Shown one piece after another: positions 1 to 12,215 of a stretch of 64,000 nucleotides of DNA. Source of the DNA: Vicugna vicugna (lineage: Eukaryota); the NCBI GenBank assembly GCA_013265495.1, contig MU058213.1, positions 1,240,001 to 1,304,000 of the forward strand, in the 5' to 3' direction. The translations under genes were made by a program, and so were the position numbers. The stretch's first letter is position 1, and every line of letters begins with the position of its first letter. The notes below the pieces were generated by a model. It saw nothing but the letters and a program-made list of their open reading frames with translations, had not been told where the DNA came from and searched no databases.

Positions 1-1930
1 AGTTTATCTAGAGTATATACCATAGACCTGGCTCAGGTGTGGGTTCAGGTTTCTAAGATAATGCCAAATCTTTTGAAGCAATGATGCCACTTTATGTCCA
101 CAGCAGCAATGCATGAATCCCTGATGATCTATAGCTTCACCAACAGCTTGTGTTCTGGGGACACAGGAACTGTCAGACTGCAGCATTTTTGTGCCAGAAG
201 GCAGCACTCCTGCCTGGACAGGCTCTTTCCTCCTGGCCATCTGACAGAAGAGCCTGATTCAAGACTCTGCCCAAGAGGTGGGCCCCTGGGCCTTATATCT
301 TGTTGAATCCTGACTTTGGGACAGAGCACTAAATTGAGATAAGAGACTGTCGTGGATATACAGTCATCATAGAAGGCAATCAATCATAGACTGTGGAATG
401 TAGAAGGACCCTAAGGCCAAATCCTTCACTCTACATTTAAGGAGACAGAGGATCAGAAAGGTTAAATGACTTGACAAGTTCTCAGAAATAATGAGTGCAA
501 GAACCTGTCTCCAGGGCTCACGATCCTTAGTCTAGTGATTTTTTAAAAGTATGTTTGTTTTAGTAATTTAAGATGGCATAACACAATCTATTAAGTTAAA
601 AATGACTCTGTAAATACTCAAACAACTGCCAATTTAGTTTTAAAAGGGAGTTGTTTGACTTATGTGATTGACGAACTTGGTAAATGCATCATCTTTCCTC
701 GTGAAGTAAATAGAAGTAACATTGAATTTCAATGAGATAGAGGAAAGATGCAATTTCCAAAATTTCAGTTTTCAATAGGCAAATTTAACAGTATTAAAGG
801 ACACCAATCTCCTGGGGAAAATAATCCCCAATCCTTGTCCTTGGATCATCCCCTCAGGCAAATGATAGGTGTGGTCTTAAGAAGCTATTATGTGAGGAAG
901 GCAAACTTTAGATGCAGTGAAATTTCAATTCCTCCTCTTCTTCTGAGTCCTTATAGTTAAGCTATTGTAAGAGGCTGGGACCTGTTTGTGAATATTAGAG
1001 CAAAACAGCCTCAGTAACCTGCTGGTGTATAATCTCAGATGGCTTTACATGTGAATGTAGAAAAACTCTGACAAGAGACCAACTTGCAGCTGAGGTACTT
1101 AGTGCTCTTCAGAGTGCGCATACCAAGCATGGCATGATCCTGTGCAGAGGAATCTGTCCCCAAGCATCAGAGGCAGTAATAAAGCAACTGGGGAGGGGAG
1201 AAGGACTGCTTCATAGGAAGGGTGTTTGTGTGAAGGAGAGTGCCTTCTGAAGCCTGTGGTGGAAATTTCCACTCTGGAGCTGTTAATTTCAGGAACCCAC
1301 ACCCTCCCTTCCCCAAATGCCTTGCTCATCTCTCCCCCAAGAATCCATTTGCCACTTAAAAATATCTTTTGGTTTAACAATGTCTGCAGGCTGGCAATAA
1401 AAGCTTTCCAAGAGGCATCCCTCTTTTAATGTCAGGATAAAAGTCAGGAGCTGTTTATTACTTTGGGGTGGGGGTGGTGGTGCTTGGAGGGAAAGAACAC
1501 CAAGTAATTCTGCAAAGAATGCTGACCAAACGGTACTGAGGTACTCCTGGTTCAGGTTTTCCTCCCAGCAGTCATTTTAATCAGCACTTCCCCTATTTAA
1601 TGAGCTTGTAGTGCCATTACATAATCACCCAGCTCACTGGATTAATGATGAAAAGAGGAACTGATTTTTCCAGTTGCATCATTTGAAGTAAACGTTAACT
1701 TTCTTTCTGAGTCCTTAGTTAACCGCATTAGTGTGACAAATATGTCTTTGTCTAGCATAAGTAATTAGAATTTAATCACTTTAACTGCATCTTAATTACC
1801 CCAAATGAATTGAAAGGACATTTAATAGCAAAGATTAAATTGCCTTAATGAACGATTTTTGTGACTCCATCAATACTTGAATTGCGTTAGCCACTCTTCT
1901 CACGCACTTCGCTTGCAGTGAGCACGGGGG

Positions 1931-1944
1931 TCACTAGGTGGCGC
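1931..1944 (+). promoter_or_regulatory. CTCF motif
   Basis: TCACTAGGTGGCGC, one mismatch to CCASYAGRKGGCRS. Confidence 0.65.
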
Positions 1945-2919
1945 GCTTCTCTCGTTTATTTATTTAATTTTCCCCATTGATCTGTTTTAGGAGATAACAG
2001 GAAAGAAAGAGAAAAGCACATAGTTTATAATGTTCCTTTGATAACCTCTCTTTGGGACCATGAGATCATCACCAGACGCGAAACGAAAGCAGCGATTTCA
2101 GAAACTGTCGATTCTGAGTACCCTATGGTGTATGCAAAGGGAGATGAGAAACACATGGATAACTGGAAACATGCGATGCTTGACGGAAATTGTAAGTTGC
2201 CCTCTGGATGATTGCCAACATATAGTTTAAGTCAATTTATTATTTTCTTAGTGCAGAGTCCTAAAACATGAGTAACAACAAGCTTGGAATAGCAAGACGG
2301 GCACTGATGTGAATTCAAGAAACGCAAGTGCAGATCAGAACACCAATGCCTGAAAGTATGGGAAGTTTGGGCCTTCAGATCCTCCTCCAGACGTGGGTCC
2401 CAGTGGACTAGTCCTACCCACAGAACACATCTAATGAGATGGGTCTTGCCCATCAATAATTGTTTAAGTGAACAAATGGATGGAGAGACTTGGGTTCCAT
2501 GTCTAGCTCTGTTACTGCCTCCTACCTCAAATTCCTTCTGGCTGCTTCTTCAAAAGAGAGCAATAAAAAGTCTCTCTTATAAGTCTTGAGTAAAAAAGAA
2601 ATAAGTTTCCACAAGTCCTCTCTTTGAGAGTCCCAGAGGGAAGACACACTTTAATTCCAAGGCCTTTATTATGCAGAGACTTCGTTCCTAGACTGGGTGT
2701 TTATGACAGTGGATCAGACATTTCCACACTCTGGGTCCAGTGACCTGGTGGATCTGAATCAGTAAATGAGGCAGAGTGGAGGGTAAGGGGATTCTGGGCT
2801 TTGAGCTGGGAAACCTGAGTTCAGGGCCTCAGTGATTTTCAGCTGTGTTACCACAGGTAAGTTATTTAATTTCATTGAACAGAGAAAGAGGAAAAGTGAT
2901 TGTAACTACCTTGTAAGCT

Positions 2920-3092
2920 AGTAGCCCTCAAACTTTGCTGCATATTAAAACCACCTCAGAGCTTTTAAAAACCCCAATGCTTAAGCCATGCCCTATACTA
3001 GTTACACCAGAATATCTAGGAGTTTTGCCAGAAATCATTTTTTAAGGATCCCTAAATGATTCCAAAGTGTAGCAAGATTTGGGAGCCACTGG
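2920..3092. mobile_element. MER5A-like hAT DNA transposon relic
   Basis: ctcaaactttgctgcatattaaaaccacc...gattccaaagtgtagcaagatttgggagccactg resembles MER5 ends. Confidence 0.6.
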
Positions 3093-4299
3093 CATAGACA
3101 GTGAGTATTAAGTGAGGACATCTATGTGCCCAGCACAGTGTATTAGCACACCTGACTAACAGAATGTACACAGTAGACACAATCTCCTTCCTTATCAATT
3201 GCCATGACAAATCTGTGGGTTGTACTTCAGGATCTGGTTCTGTTCAGCTGTTGTCTTATCAAATTATCTCACCTACAGAAGAAGAAAATTTCTAGAAGCT
3301 AATTTGTTCCAACTTTATGATGATGTAACATCTTTTGGGAGGAACTTAATGTGGATGGTTCTATAAGCAAGACCCTGTGATAAAACCTAAATTCATATGT
3401 TTGTATCAAAATAATCAAATTGCCCTGTGACTGGTCTGGTCATCTAATCCAAATCCTATCATTTCAAAAGAAAATTAAGCTTCAATACTATTAATATACT
3501 TGTGTTAAAATAAAAATCTGTGCAAATTTATTGATAGAAGACAGGAATTTATGATTGTGCAGTAAATTCATTCACATTAGAAATCAGGTTTTTTTTTTTT
3601 AACTGAACTCTATGAGGCTGACACTTCTTGTAAAAATAATGGGGCTTTCTTCTCCCAAAGGTGCTTATTCATCTTATTTAAATAGAGACATAATGAAAAT
3701 AGTATTTAATGAATACTTGTTGAATGCTTTTATCCAGAGTGATAGGAAATCTATCCTCTACCATGACTTCAATAAGACCCTCCCTGTTGCTAACCTAGTT
3801 TGGGAACCATTCAATTTTACCAAAAGCATGGAAATTCTGCTGTTTTAATGTGGACTGAAGTGAAACTAGTCACTTCTCATCCAATCCATCAAGGCTCCTT
3901 GGTTGCCTTAAAATATTAAATTGGTGTTTATTCCAATGTATGGAGTTTACAAAGAGCACTGAGTAATGTTACTCGAAGGACAAGGCTTCTAACTATAGAT
4001 TTTGAAGAGCAAGATACCCGGGAACCCCCTTTTTAATTACCCACCTTCATTAGACATGAGGGTTTTCTTTATTACAAGGAAATCAAGAATAAATGTTACC
4101 AATACACTCTGTGAGAGTGATTTTTTTTTCAGAGAACTTTAGGTAGCAGCATCTGTTTGATTAGCTGAATTTGCCACGAATGTGGAAATGATGACATCAG
4201 AACAGCTCATGTAACAACCTCCTTAAAGACCTCGTAGATTAGAGATGACTATAGATTTTCCCCAGCACGGATCAAAGGGACTGAATTGAACGTTTTAGC

Positions 4300-7200
4300 T
4301 TAATGATCCAACCCCTGTCACACCCATCGGGACTCGAATTCCGATTGTATAAGCAGGTGTGCACGTGCACTCAGATGCACACAGAAAGCTGCTGAGGAGG
4401 GAGGGAAAGATCAACCACCTGATCGACGAGAATAGGTTTGATCTTTTCCGTTACTTGGCTGTGCTGGGGTATATTCCTGGCGGGACCTCTACCATCTCTC
4501 ATAAACTTCGAAATATTAGCTGTTAGTTTTCGTTTCCTCACTACGGCTATTCAAAGGCATCCTAGCCACCTTCCAGGGGCGAAGAGAAACGAACACGCAG
4601 GCGGAGCCCTGTCCAGGGTCCTGACGCCGTTCCGGGGCTCCAGGCCAGTAGGCCTCCGAGAGTCCTTTCACTCACCCCACTGGAGAGCAAACAAAGACCT
4701 TCAAGCTCAAAGCCTCAGGGAAGCCTTCTAACCCCCGTCAGTTAGCTGGACGGGAAACAACAAAACAAAGGAATCGCTAATCCACTCTCCCGTCACTACA
4801 CCCCAAGCCCCAACCTCCTATTCAGATCTCCAAGGTCACCTTCTCTACTGTGACCCTGATTTTCTCAAATAATAACATGCCAGAAAAAGTATAATTTGGA
4901 TATAAATTCCAAACATGCATTTTGTTTTGAGAGGTTAGAGCTAGGGTATACTTTGGGGGAATGGTAATATTGTCTCATCAGTTGGGTTTGTTCAGGACCA
5001 AGATATATCCACTAGCTATCCTTTTCTTCCTCCACTACACTCTTTTCCTATCAAAAGAGTTATTGTTTTGAAAATCACTAGGACATCGATATTCTAAAAA
5101 CAAAGCCGCAGCAGGCATCCGTCTCCTTTCTGTGGCGGATTGAACCACCGAGGCTTGCTGGGTTGCCTGACCCCGCGGCCAGCAGGGGGCGCCCGCAGCT
5201 ACTGCAGCACAGTCAGTTCCACTACCAGGAGAAGGTGAGTCCAAAGAGAGCAGGAGTTTAGCTCTCTGCGGCGCGCTGAGCGATCGCAGCTTGAAGATAA
5301 AGAAAAATGCAGGCTGGGCTTTAAGTCGCTTTGCTGCTACAACACAACGGTGCTATTGTTGGCACAGACTATCCCAAGTGCCAGTTGCAAAACAGCTATG
5401 GCAGGACTGAATCTCTGGTGACTTGTCTTCGCCCAGGGCCGGTCGGGTCGCTCTGGTCGACCCCGATCGCCCTCCTGGTGCTTCCAAAGCGCTCAGAGCT
5501 GCACCGCTGGAGGAAGAGCCAAGTCCTCCGAACAGACCGCAGGGTTTATTGTCTCAGGCGGCCGCGATGCACTGACACTAGGTCACCACACAATAACCGT
5601 CAGATCTCCGCAAGCCCCAGCAGCTGGTCTCCCTCACCTAGTCAAAAACTATCTGCTCCAGTCTTCATCATATACACATTTCTTAACCCCATGCGCTCCT
5701 TTCTCTCTTCCTGAGGTTTTTGTGCTCCAATGGGGACTGCAGGAGACAACTATTGTCCCTCACCCTCGAAGGGTCAGACATGGGCTGTGAGAAAGGCCCA
5801 CGCAGAGCCTTCTGGGGATTGTTCCCAACAGCGAGACCTGTTCAGCTGCTTGGGGGTAGGGTCCCTAGCCAACTCCCCAGAAACATGGCCACCATTAGGC
5901 CTGAGTTGGTTGGGAGACCCTGGAACTCCTTGGCCTCTGCCTGACAACTGGCTGGCCCCCAGCCCATGCTGGGAGGAGGCTACCACAAAGCTTCAGAGGA
6001 GGCTCTCCTCCCAGGCAGTCAGCCCCCCTCGCCCCACGGCTGTGAGAAGGTTGAGATCTGCTGCGCCCTGCGGGCCCTTTGTTCATGCCGCAGCCGTCTG
6101 GGATCAGCTGCACTGCGCGAGACCCGCCAGGCAGAGATGCAGGGCCTGGAGGGGAAACAGTCGGCTTGGCACCTTCTCCTCCTACTCTTGGGCCCAGGAA
6201 CCCTTCCAGTTCCCGCGTCCCACACACCCAGTCCTGGCTCTTCTCCCAGCCCAGAATCTTCAAGGATTGGGGAAATGAGGTTCCCAGGGTCCAGTATGGC
6301 ACTCCTGCTTGGTTCCTGGGGCCCAGGGAAGTGAGGGGACAGTTGAAATGTCACCCGCCAGGATAAATATTAACAAAAAGCAAATGGACTTGTGCGGGGG
6401 GGCCAGTTATCAATCAACCAGGCCGCAAGGCCACTTATGGCAAACATGGCCCAGGTTGGCCTGGGCGAGACTTTCTCATGGCCACCTCCTGGCCAGACCG
6501 CCACACCGCCCCCCTTCCCTGGCCCAGGCCTTGCTCCAGGTGGTTCTGGGGCAAATCTTGGACAAGGAGAGGGCGCAGTCCCAGTTGCTGGAGACTGGTC
6601 TGGCTCCCTGATGCCACCGTTTGGAGGTTTCTTGGCCTCCAGGTTCTGCAGGGTCAGGGTGGTCCAGCACCCACATTTGCCCGACCTAAGCCTCGTCTCC
6701 TGGGTCTTCCGTGCAGCACCTGCTGGTGGGTGCACGTTGCAGCCTCTTCTTGCCCTGCCAGCTCCCCTACTGTGGCCCGTAGCCTTCTAGAATCTTTAAT
6801 TGGAAACTAATCTCCTAGCGTCTTAATAGGCACCTACATAACAGGCGGGGCACCCACCCACCCGCACAGCCCATCTTGCCCTCCCCACCTGGAATGAGAC
6901 CCAGCGCGAGCCTGGTTGCGCTGCACTTTAATGGGGCAGCAGCAAGTATTACAATCAGGGAACATATATTGATTTTTTAAAGGTAGTTAATTTGTTGAGA
7001 CTTCCCTTCTCTCCCGTCTGACACCAGCCGATACAATTTCGTAAAGAGAAAGCGCCTCTCCAAACACGCTGCCATGTGCCGAGGCTGTTGACCTCCACAG
7101 CAGGCTGTTCGGAACTTGGGGTACTGCGAGGGGCACGAAGAAGCCACTCTCCCTCCAACATCGGGAGTTGAGTGAAGGACCCAACATCCATGGGCCCTGC

Positions 7201-8800
7201 CTCGCTTGGGGTAGAAACGAGTTTGACGGGTCTTTGGGTGCAACGACGAGCAAAGTTGCAAGGGAGCTGGCGGTGGCGAGGCGGCTGCAATGCCCCACAG
7301 CCACAGCGAACAAGCTTGCAATCTTTTTTAAGTCACCTGCAGTCAGGGCCTACCAGAGATCTTTCGAACAGTTCAGGAAACGGTTTCACTTTTTTTTTCT
7401 TTTTCTAAATGAAAATATTAAAGGGACGGCTCGTTGTTCTTCGGTGATCTGAAAACAAGTCACGGATCTTGCTACGTAATGGGGTAGATCCCGGCTGGCT
7501 CTGCACGCGCCCTCATCCCAGCCCGCCCCGCCCCTTTAATGAAGTTAAAGAAAGGAAAATGGAAGAGACGACGCTGCATTCTGGTTTTAGGACGTGGAGT
7601 TAGCTTGGGTTTTGGCGCCAAACGCTTGTCTCGCTGCAGTCTCTGATTTACCTCCCCCTCACCTCCGAGGAAAAGGCTGGGCATGATTCGCCACAGGCTG
7701 CTGGGTGCCAGGCAGCGGCCCCTTCGATAACCTCCTGGGTCCTGTCAACCCCGGCCGGCATGCCGCCCGCGCCTCCCGTGTGCAGGTTGCAGTACAAGGG
7801 CAGCCCACGCGAGGAGGTCAGAGGGCGCCGGTACAGGGAAGGGAGCTAGGGCGAATTTCTAGGGCTCCGGGGTAGTCTCTGAACATAACTTGTCAGCTTG
7901 CCTTTCCAGGGGGCGGTAGGAGGCAGTGGGGAAAGGATAGTCATTGAAGTCCTGAGCAAGAGCCTTCAGGAGGTAGGGAGTGTGGAACGAGCTTCTCTGG
8001 GGTAATGGCTCTCAATTTTCACCGTTCTTCCACCGTTCTTCCTCCGTTCCCCTAAACCCCACTAACCGGCTTGTGTGGGCACTGCCTCGGTAAAAGGTCA
8101 TGAAACCAGGCTGTCACGGGCGTGTGAAAAGGCACTGACCACCTTGGGCTCCGGGAAAGGCAGAGCAGTCAGGCAAAGCCTTTTTGAACATCACTCCTAA
8201 AACTTTAGCTGCCCTCGGATCTCGGCCAGCCCACGCCGTAGGGGGCGATCTGGTAGCTGCACACAGAGCTACAGAGTGGAACCGCGGGAGCCCAGAGGGT
8301 ATCCTCTTTCTTCTCCCTCCCTTCCCCTTACCCCTGCCTCTCCTGGTTTCTGGGCGCAGTTTGCGAGTCCGCCTGGGGACTTTGCTTGGAGCCAAAGAGC
8401 GCAGGGCTGGGATGGAAAACCTGGCGAGGCTAAGGCTCAGTCTGCGCGGCGCTCGGGCAGGGAGGCCACTAGAGCCCAGACCCCAGGAGTGCTGTGGGTT
8501 GTATCCCAGCTGGAGTCGCGGGCACGCCGGCACCTGCCTCCCTCTAGCTTCTCATTGGCCCGCCCGAGGTGGGGGAGGGGGCCCTGGCCTCTCGCTTTGA
8601 TTTTAGACTGTGAAACGGCTCAGTGCCCCCGGCTCTGAGCGGATTGACTGTCTCTCGTTCTCCAGGGACGAATTAATGGAGAACGATCAGTTAATTAACA
8701 AACCCTCATTCCTGCTTTTACCTTTTTCTTAGCCAGGACTAGGCTAGGACGCCGGGCTGAGATTGGGTAGGGGGCAGATAGGGGTGGGGGAGAGGTGGCA
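4300..8800. promoter_or_regulatory. Intronic CpG-rich clusters
   Basis: Several CpG-dense patches (about 5100-5600, 6000-6200, 7050-7900, 8200-8760) in non-coding sequence. Confidence 0.6.
5179..5192 (+). promoter_or_regulatory. CTCF motif
   Basis: CCAGCAGGGGGCGC, exact consensus match. Confidence 0.75.
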
Positions 8801-9921
8801 TGGACCCAGGAGTCAATCAACAAAGTCCAGGTCTCATCAAACCGAGTCCACCCTCGGCTGCCCTTGGCTTCTAGGGGGTCACCGAATCTGCTTGAAATCC
8901 CCCATATGATTCAGGCTGGCTGGTCTCAGTTGTCCCTTCTGCCAGTCAGCCGGCTAGAGCCTTCCCGGTACCTTTGCCTAGAGAGGCTGGAGGAGCTGGG
9001 CACTGTGTCTATGCAGAGCCGCAGAAACCTTCCCGCCCAACTACGAAACATCAGGGCCTCGGGGTTTTGGGCCCAGGAGACCTCTGCTTGCAGACTTGTT
9101 TTTTTCCCCCACCCCCTGCACGGGGATTCAGACGAAAATTCATGCAGAGGAATAAAAGAAAACGCGAAGTCCTAAGCAAGTCGGCAGCTAAGGCGGTCCC
9201 TGGGCTCAGCTGGAAGCTCCCTTGTTACTTGGCGCCCTTATCCGGATCTTGGCACGGTCTGCCTCCTTCTCTACAGTCAGTCACAAGCGTAGAGTGCGTG
9301 CTAACCCTTACAAAGCGTCTGCGCCACACACTCATCGCCACGCGGCTCGGAACCTTTTGCTGGAACTCTCAAAGTGCGCTCCCTCACCCCCAGCATCCAC
9401 AACACTAGAGTCAGCATGGGAGGGGGTCACCACAGCGAGTTCAGCCAAACATTGGAGAGCAGTTCCTGCGCGCTTCAGCCCAGCTCCCAGGTATGTGCCA
9501 GGGATACTTGACAGCATGAGTGCTGGTACACGCACATGTCACCTCCCTCTTCCCAAACCCGGAGTACCGAAACCAGAAGTGAGGCAAAGGCTGTATTCAG
9601 CCAGGTGCTGAGATTTCTCTCCACCTATGGCCGTGAGAACTCCCTGCGCTGTCTCCCAGCACAAATGCACACCCGCAGGCACCCAGGCCGGCCGCTCAGC
9701 TCCGGAGCCTTCCACAGGCCAGCTCACTGATTCCTGGAAGAGGTTGTCTGTTTCCAGGAGCCACGCTCTGGCTCTTTCAGGCCCAGGGACCCCCTTCTCC
9801 AGGAAAGGAGGACGGGATGAAGCGTGCACAGATCTCTCTCCTTCCCAGCCTCCTTGGGTCCCTTCAGTTTCCCGAACACCTTATTTATCTCCCTGCGCGC
9901 CCAGCTCCTTGGCCCGCTCAC

Positions 9922-11026
9922 CTGCTAGGCGGAGCGCAGACATGCGCTGGAACTCCGGCTCCTGCAGCCACTTCCACATCCTCCGGAAGGTCTCCCGGCC
10001 GGACTTGAGTTTGCTCCAGGGTTTGGGGTTGCGCAGCAGGTCCGAGAGGGTCCCTTGGGAGCGGCAGAGCACCCTCTGCGCGAAGATGGCCTGTGGGATG
10101 CTGTAGCGCTTAAGCTCGGTGGTGATACGCTGCGCCACCTCTTTGGTATTGATCTCTTCCATCTGCCCTGAATTACTTCCATTGCTGACCTGCGCACCGG
10201 TTACCGAAGGGTTGGGCTCCCGGGCCGTACCCAGGAGTTGCCCGTGGCCCTGCGTGTTCAGGTGGGCGTGGGGGTGGTGTGGAGGAAGGCCGTTGATGGG
10301 AACCATGCCGGCCGAGGTGGGCGTGAGGTGCTGTTCCCCGTGACGCCCGAGCATGGCCGGGTGGTGGGCTTCAAAGCCGTTGGGGGTTAGCATCTTGTCG
10401 GTGGGCATAGCAGCGCCCGGGTGGGCATAGTGGGGGAGCCCTTGCTGGGAGTTGTGAATGCCGCCCAGCCCGGAGCCAGAGAGGGGCGAGAGGCTCTGGC
10501 CCATGCCGGCCACGTCCTTGTGGTAGGGGGTATAGAGGTTATTCATAGAGGCCAGCCCGCGCTCGTCCCGCATGAGCGTGAAGCTACCGCTCACGTTGCC
10601 TGCCAGGCGCTGGTGGTGATGAGGGTGGTGGTGGTGATGGTGGTGGTGGTGATGGTGGGGGAACTTGTCCGAGACTGTGGAGATGGGCGGCAGCGGCTGC
10701 AGAGGGGTTAAGGTGGTGTAGGTGGTGGGCATGCTCATACCTGGGGGAGTCTCGCAGGCCATGGTCATGGTGGGGTGCAGGGGGCCGGCCAGGCTGTGCT
10801 CAGGGGCCCGGTGGTGGTGGTGGTAATCGCTGCCGCCGCCGCCGCCGTCCAGCAAGGACGCCATGCCCATGGAGCGCGGGTGCGCGGGGGGCAGGTGGCT
10901 GCCGCGGTGCGCCACGGAGCTTCGCGCGTGGGGGCTGCCGCCCAGCAAGTCGGCAGGGGCAGGCACCGGCTCATGGCTCACCCCGTGCAGCTCGCCGATC
11001 GCCTCCATGGTCAGCTGCGCGTTCAT
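9922..11026 (-). CDS. ONECUT1: One cut homeobox 1 (HNF6) coding exon 1; homeodomain exon lies outside the window
   Basis: ATG at 11026 gives MNAQLTMEAIGELHGVSHEP..., a TTYTTLTPLQPLPP box, His11-Pro-His3 (10657-10613) and a full CUT domain (EEINTKEVAQRI...WLQEPEFQRMSALRLA). The exon ends at the donor GCAG|GTGAGC (9922/9921); 1105 nt, phase 1. Confidence 0.97.
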
Positions 11027-11224
11027 CGTGATCCGGGCGAGCGGGCGGCGGACACAACATCGATGAGGCTTGGCAGAGGCGGCGAAGGGCGCACGCAGTC
11101 CGGTCTTCACATCGGCTGCTGGCGACTGCTGCCTTCCGTCCTTCCTCTCAGTGTGGGGCTCTGTCTCCGTCTCAGTTGTCTCGCCTTTCCTCTTGCCCCC
11201 ACCTTCCCCTCAGCGTCCTCTGCC

Positions 11225-11250
11225 TTTTTTTTTTTTTTTAATATTAATTT
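11225..11250 (-). promoter_or_regulatory. TATA-like AT island of the proximal promoter (TSS inferred near 11215)
   Basis: Minus strand AAATTAATATT followed by A15, isolated within GC-rich DNA about 200 bp upstream of the ATG. Confidence 0.5.
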
Positions 11251-11326
11251 CCAAAAAGGATCCGCGCCCTTGGGCGAGCGCGTTGCCCCCAGCCCACCCG
11301 CCCCCGGCCCCGTCTCGCCCCTCTCC

Positions 11327-11335
11327 TTCTTAGAA
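11327..11335. promoter_or_regulatory. STAT5 GAS element TTCTTAGAA
   Basis: Exact TTCYNRGAA match about 90 bp upstream of the TATA-like element; HNF6 is a known growth hormone/STAT5 target. Confidence 0.75.
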
Positions 11336-12150
11336 TTGTGAGGCCCCCGGCTCCCCTGACGCAGCCCGCGTGCCTTCCGCGGCTGCTGCCTGCCCGCGCC
11401 GCTGGCCAGCTCCAGCCATGGCTCGGTTACTGTTGCAGACTCTGAGGCCGCTGTTCCTCCACCGCCGCCGCCGCGGCCGCCTTGGCCCGCCCTCACGCCC
11501 GCTGGGCGAAGCGCGCAGGCGCGCAAATCGGCACCGCCCCCTCAGTCCCCGCGCGCGCGGCCCGTGACGTCCCTGTACAAGTGGAGGGGGTGGCGAGGGA
11601 GCGGCGTGCACGTGCGAGTGCTTAACGTAGAGCGCGACCTGGGGCTGCCACTGCAACCCTGGGAAACTTGCCCTCTTCTCGGCTCCCTGGCTGGGGTGCG
11701 CTCTCCTCCCAGCCGCTCGTTGCATTTGCTGGGTTTGCATCCCGAGTGGCGCACTCTGCCTGGAGAGCCATCGCCCCTCTCTTTAGTTGCTGCCTCCCGG
11801 TGCAGGTTGCCCCGGGGAGCCTTAGCTTGTGTCATCACTCCTTCCACCCTGGCCTATTTCCTGGGAGGTCTTCTGGGAGTCCATGTTCTCCCCATCTTCA
11901 GGTGCTTGGCCTTTTAGAAGGGAAGGGAGCAAATATCCTGAAGGCCTTAGTCAACCTAGTGGCTATTGACCCGACAATCTCTGTCTTTCCTGTTAATACT
12001 CTGCCCACCCTTCCTCTTCCAAGATCGGGGAAGAGGAGCGCTTAGTGCCAAGAGTTCCGGCCCCGGCCTACCTTGCTGTCCTCCGCCGCCTGGGTCCTTC
12101 TCCAGATCTGCTGATAATTAAGGCAGCGCTCCAGCTTCGTGAATGACTTG

Positions 12151-12152
<2 letters not shown>

Positions 12153-12215
<63 letters not shown>

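Larger units (their letters stand above)
1..9921 (-). other. ONECUT1: ONECUT1 intron 1 (partial, continues past window start)
   Basis: Begins GTGAGC after the CUT exon; no homeodomain-coding sequence in any ORF of 1-9921. Confidence 0.85.

Noticed and set aside
5331..9611. Many overlapping 60-180 aa ORFs in intron 1
   Set aside because: Stop-poor GC-rich DNA, Pro/Arg/Gly/Ala bias, no recognisable domain.
9881..9921. C-terminal GERAKELGAQGDK in the 409-aa ORF call
   Set aside because: Read-through past the GT splice donor into intron 1; no canonical poly(A) signal nearby to support a CUT-only isoform.
10119..11341. Plus-strand ORFs antisense to ONECUT1
   Set aside because: Shadow ORFs produced by GC-rich codon usage.
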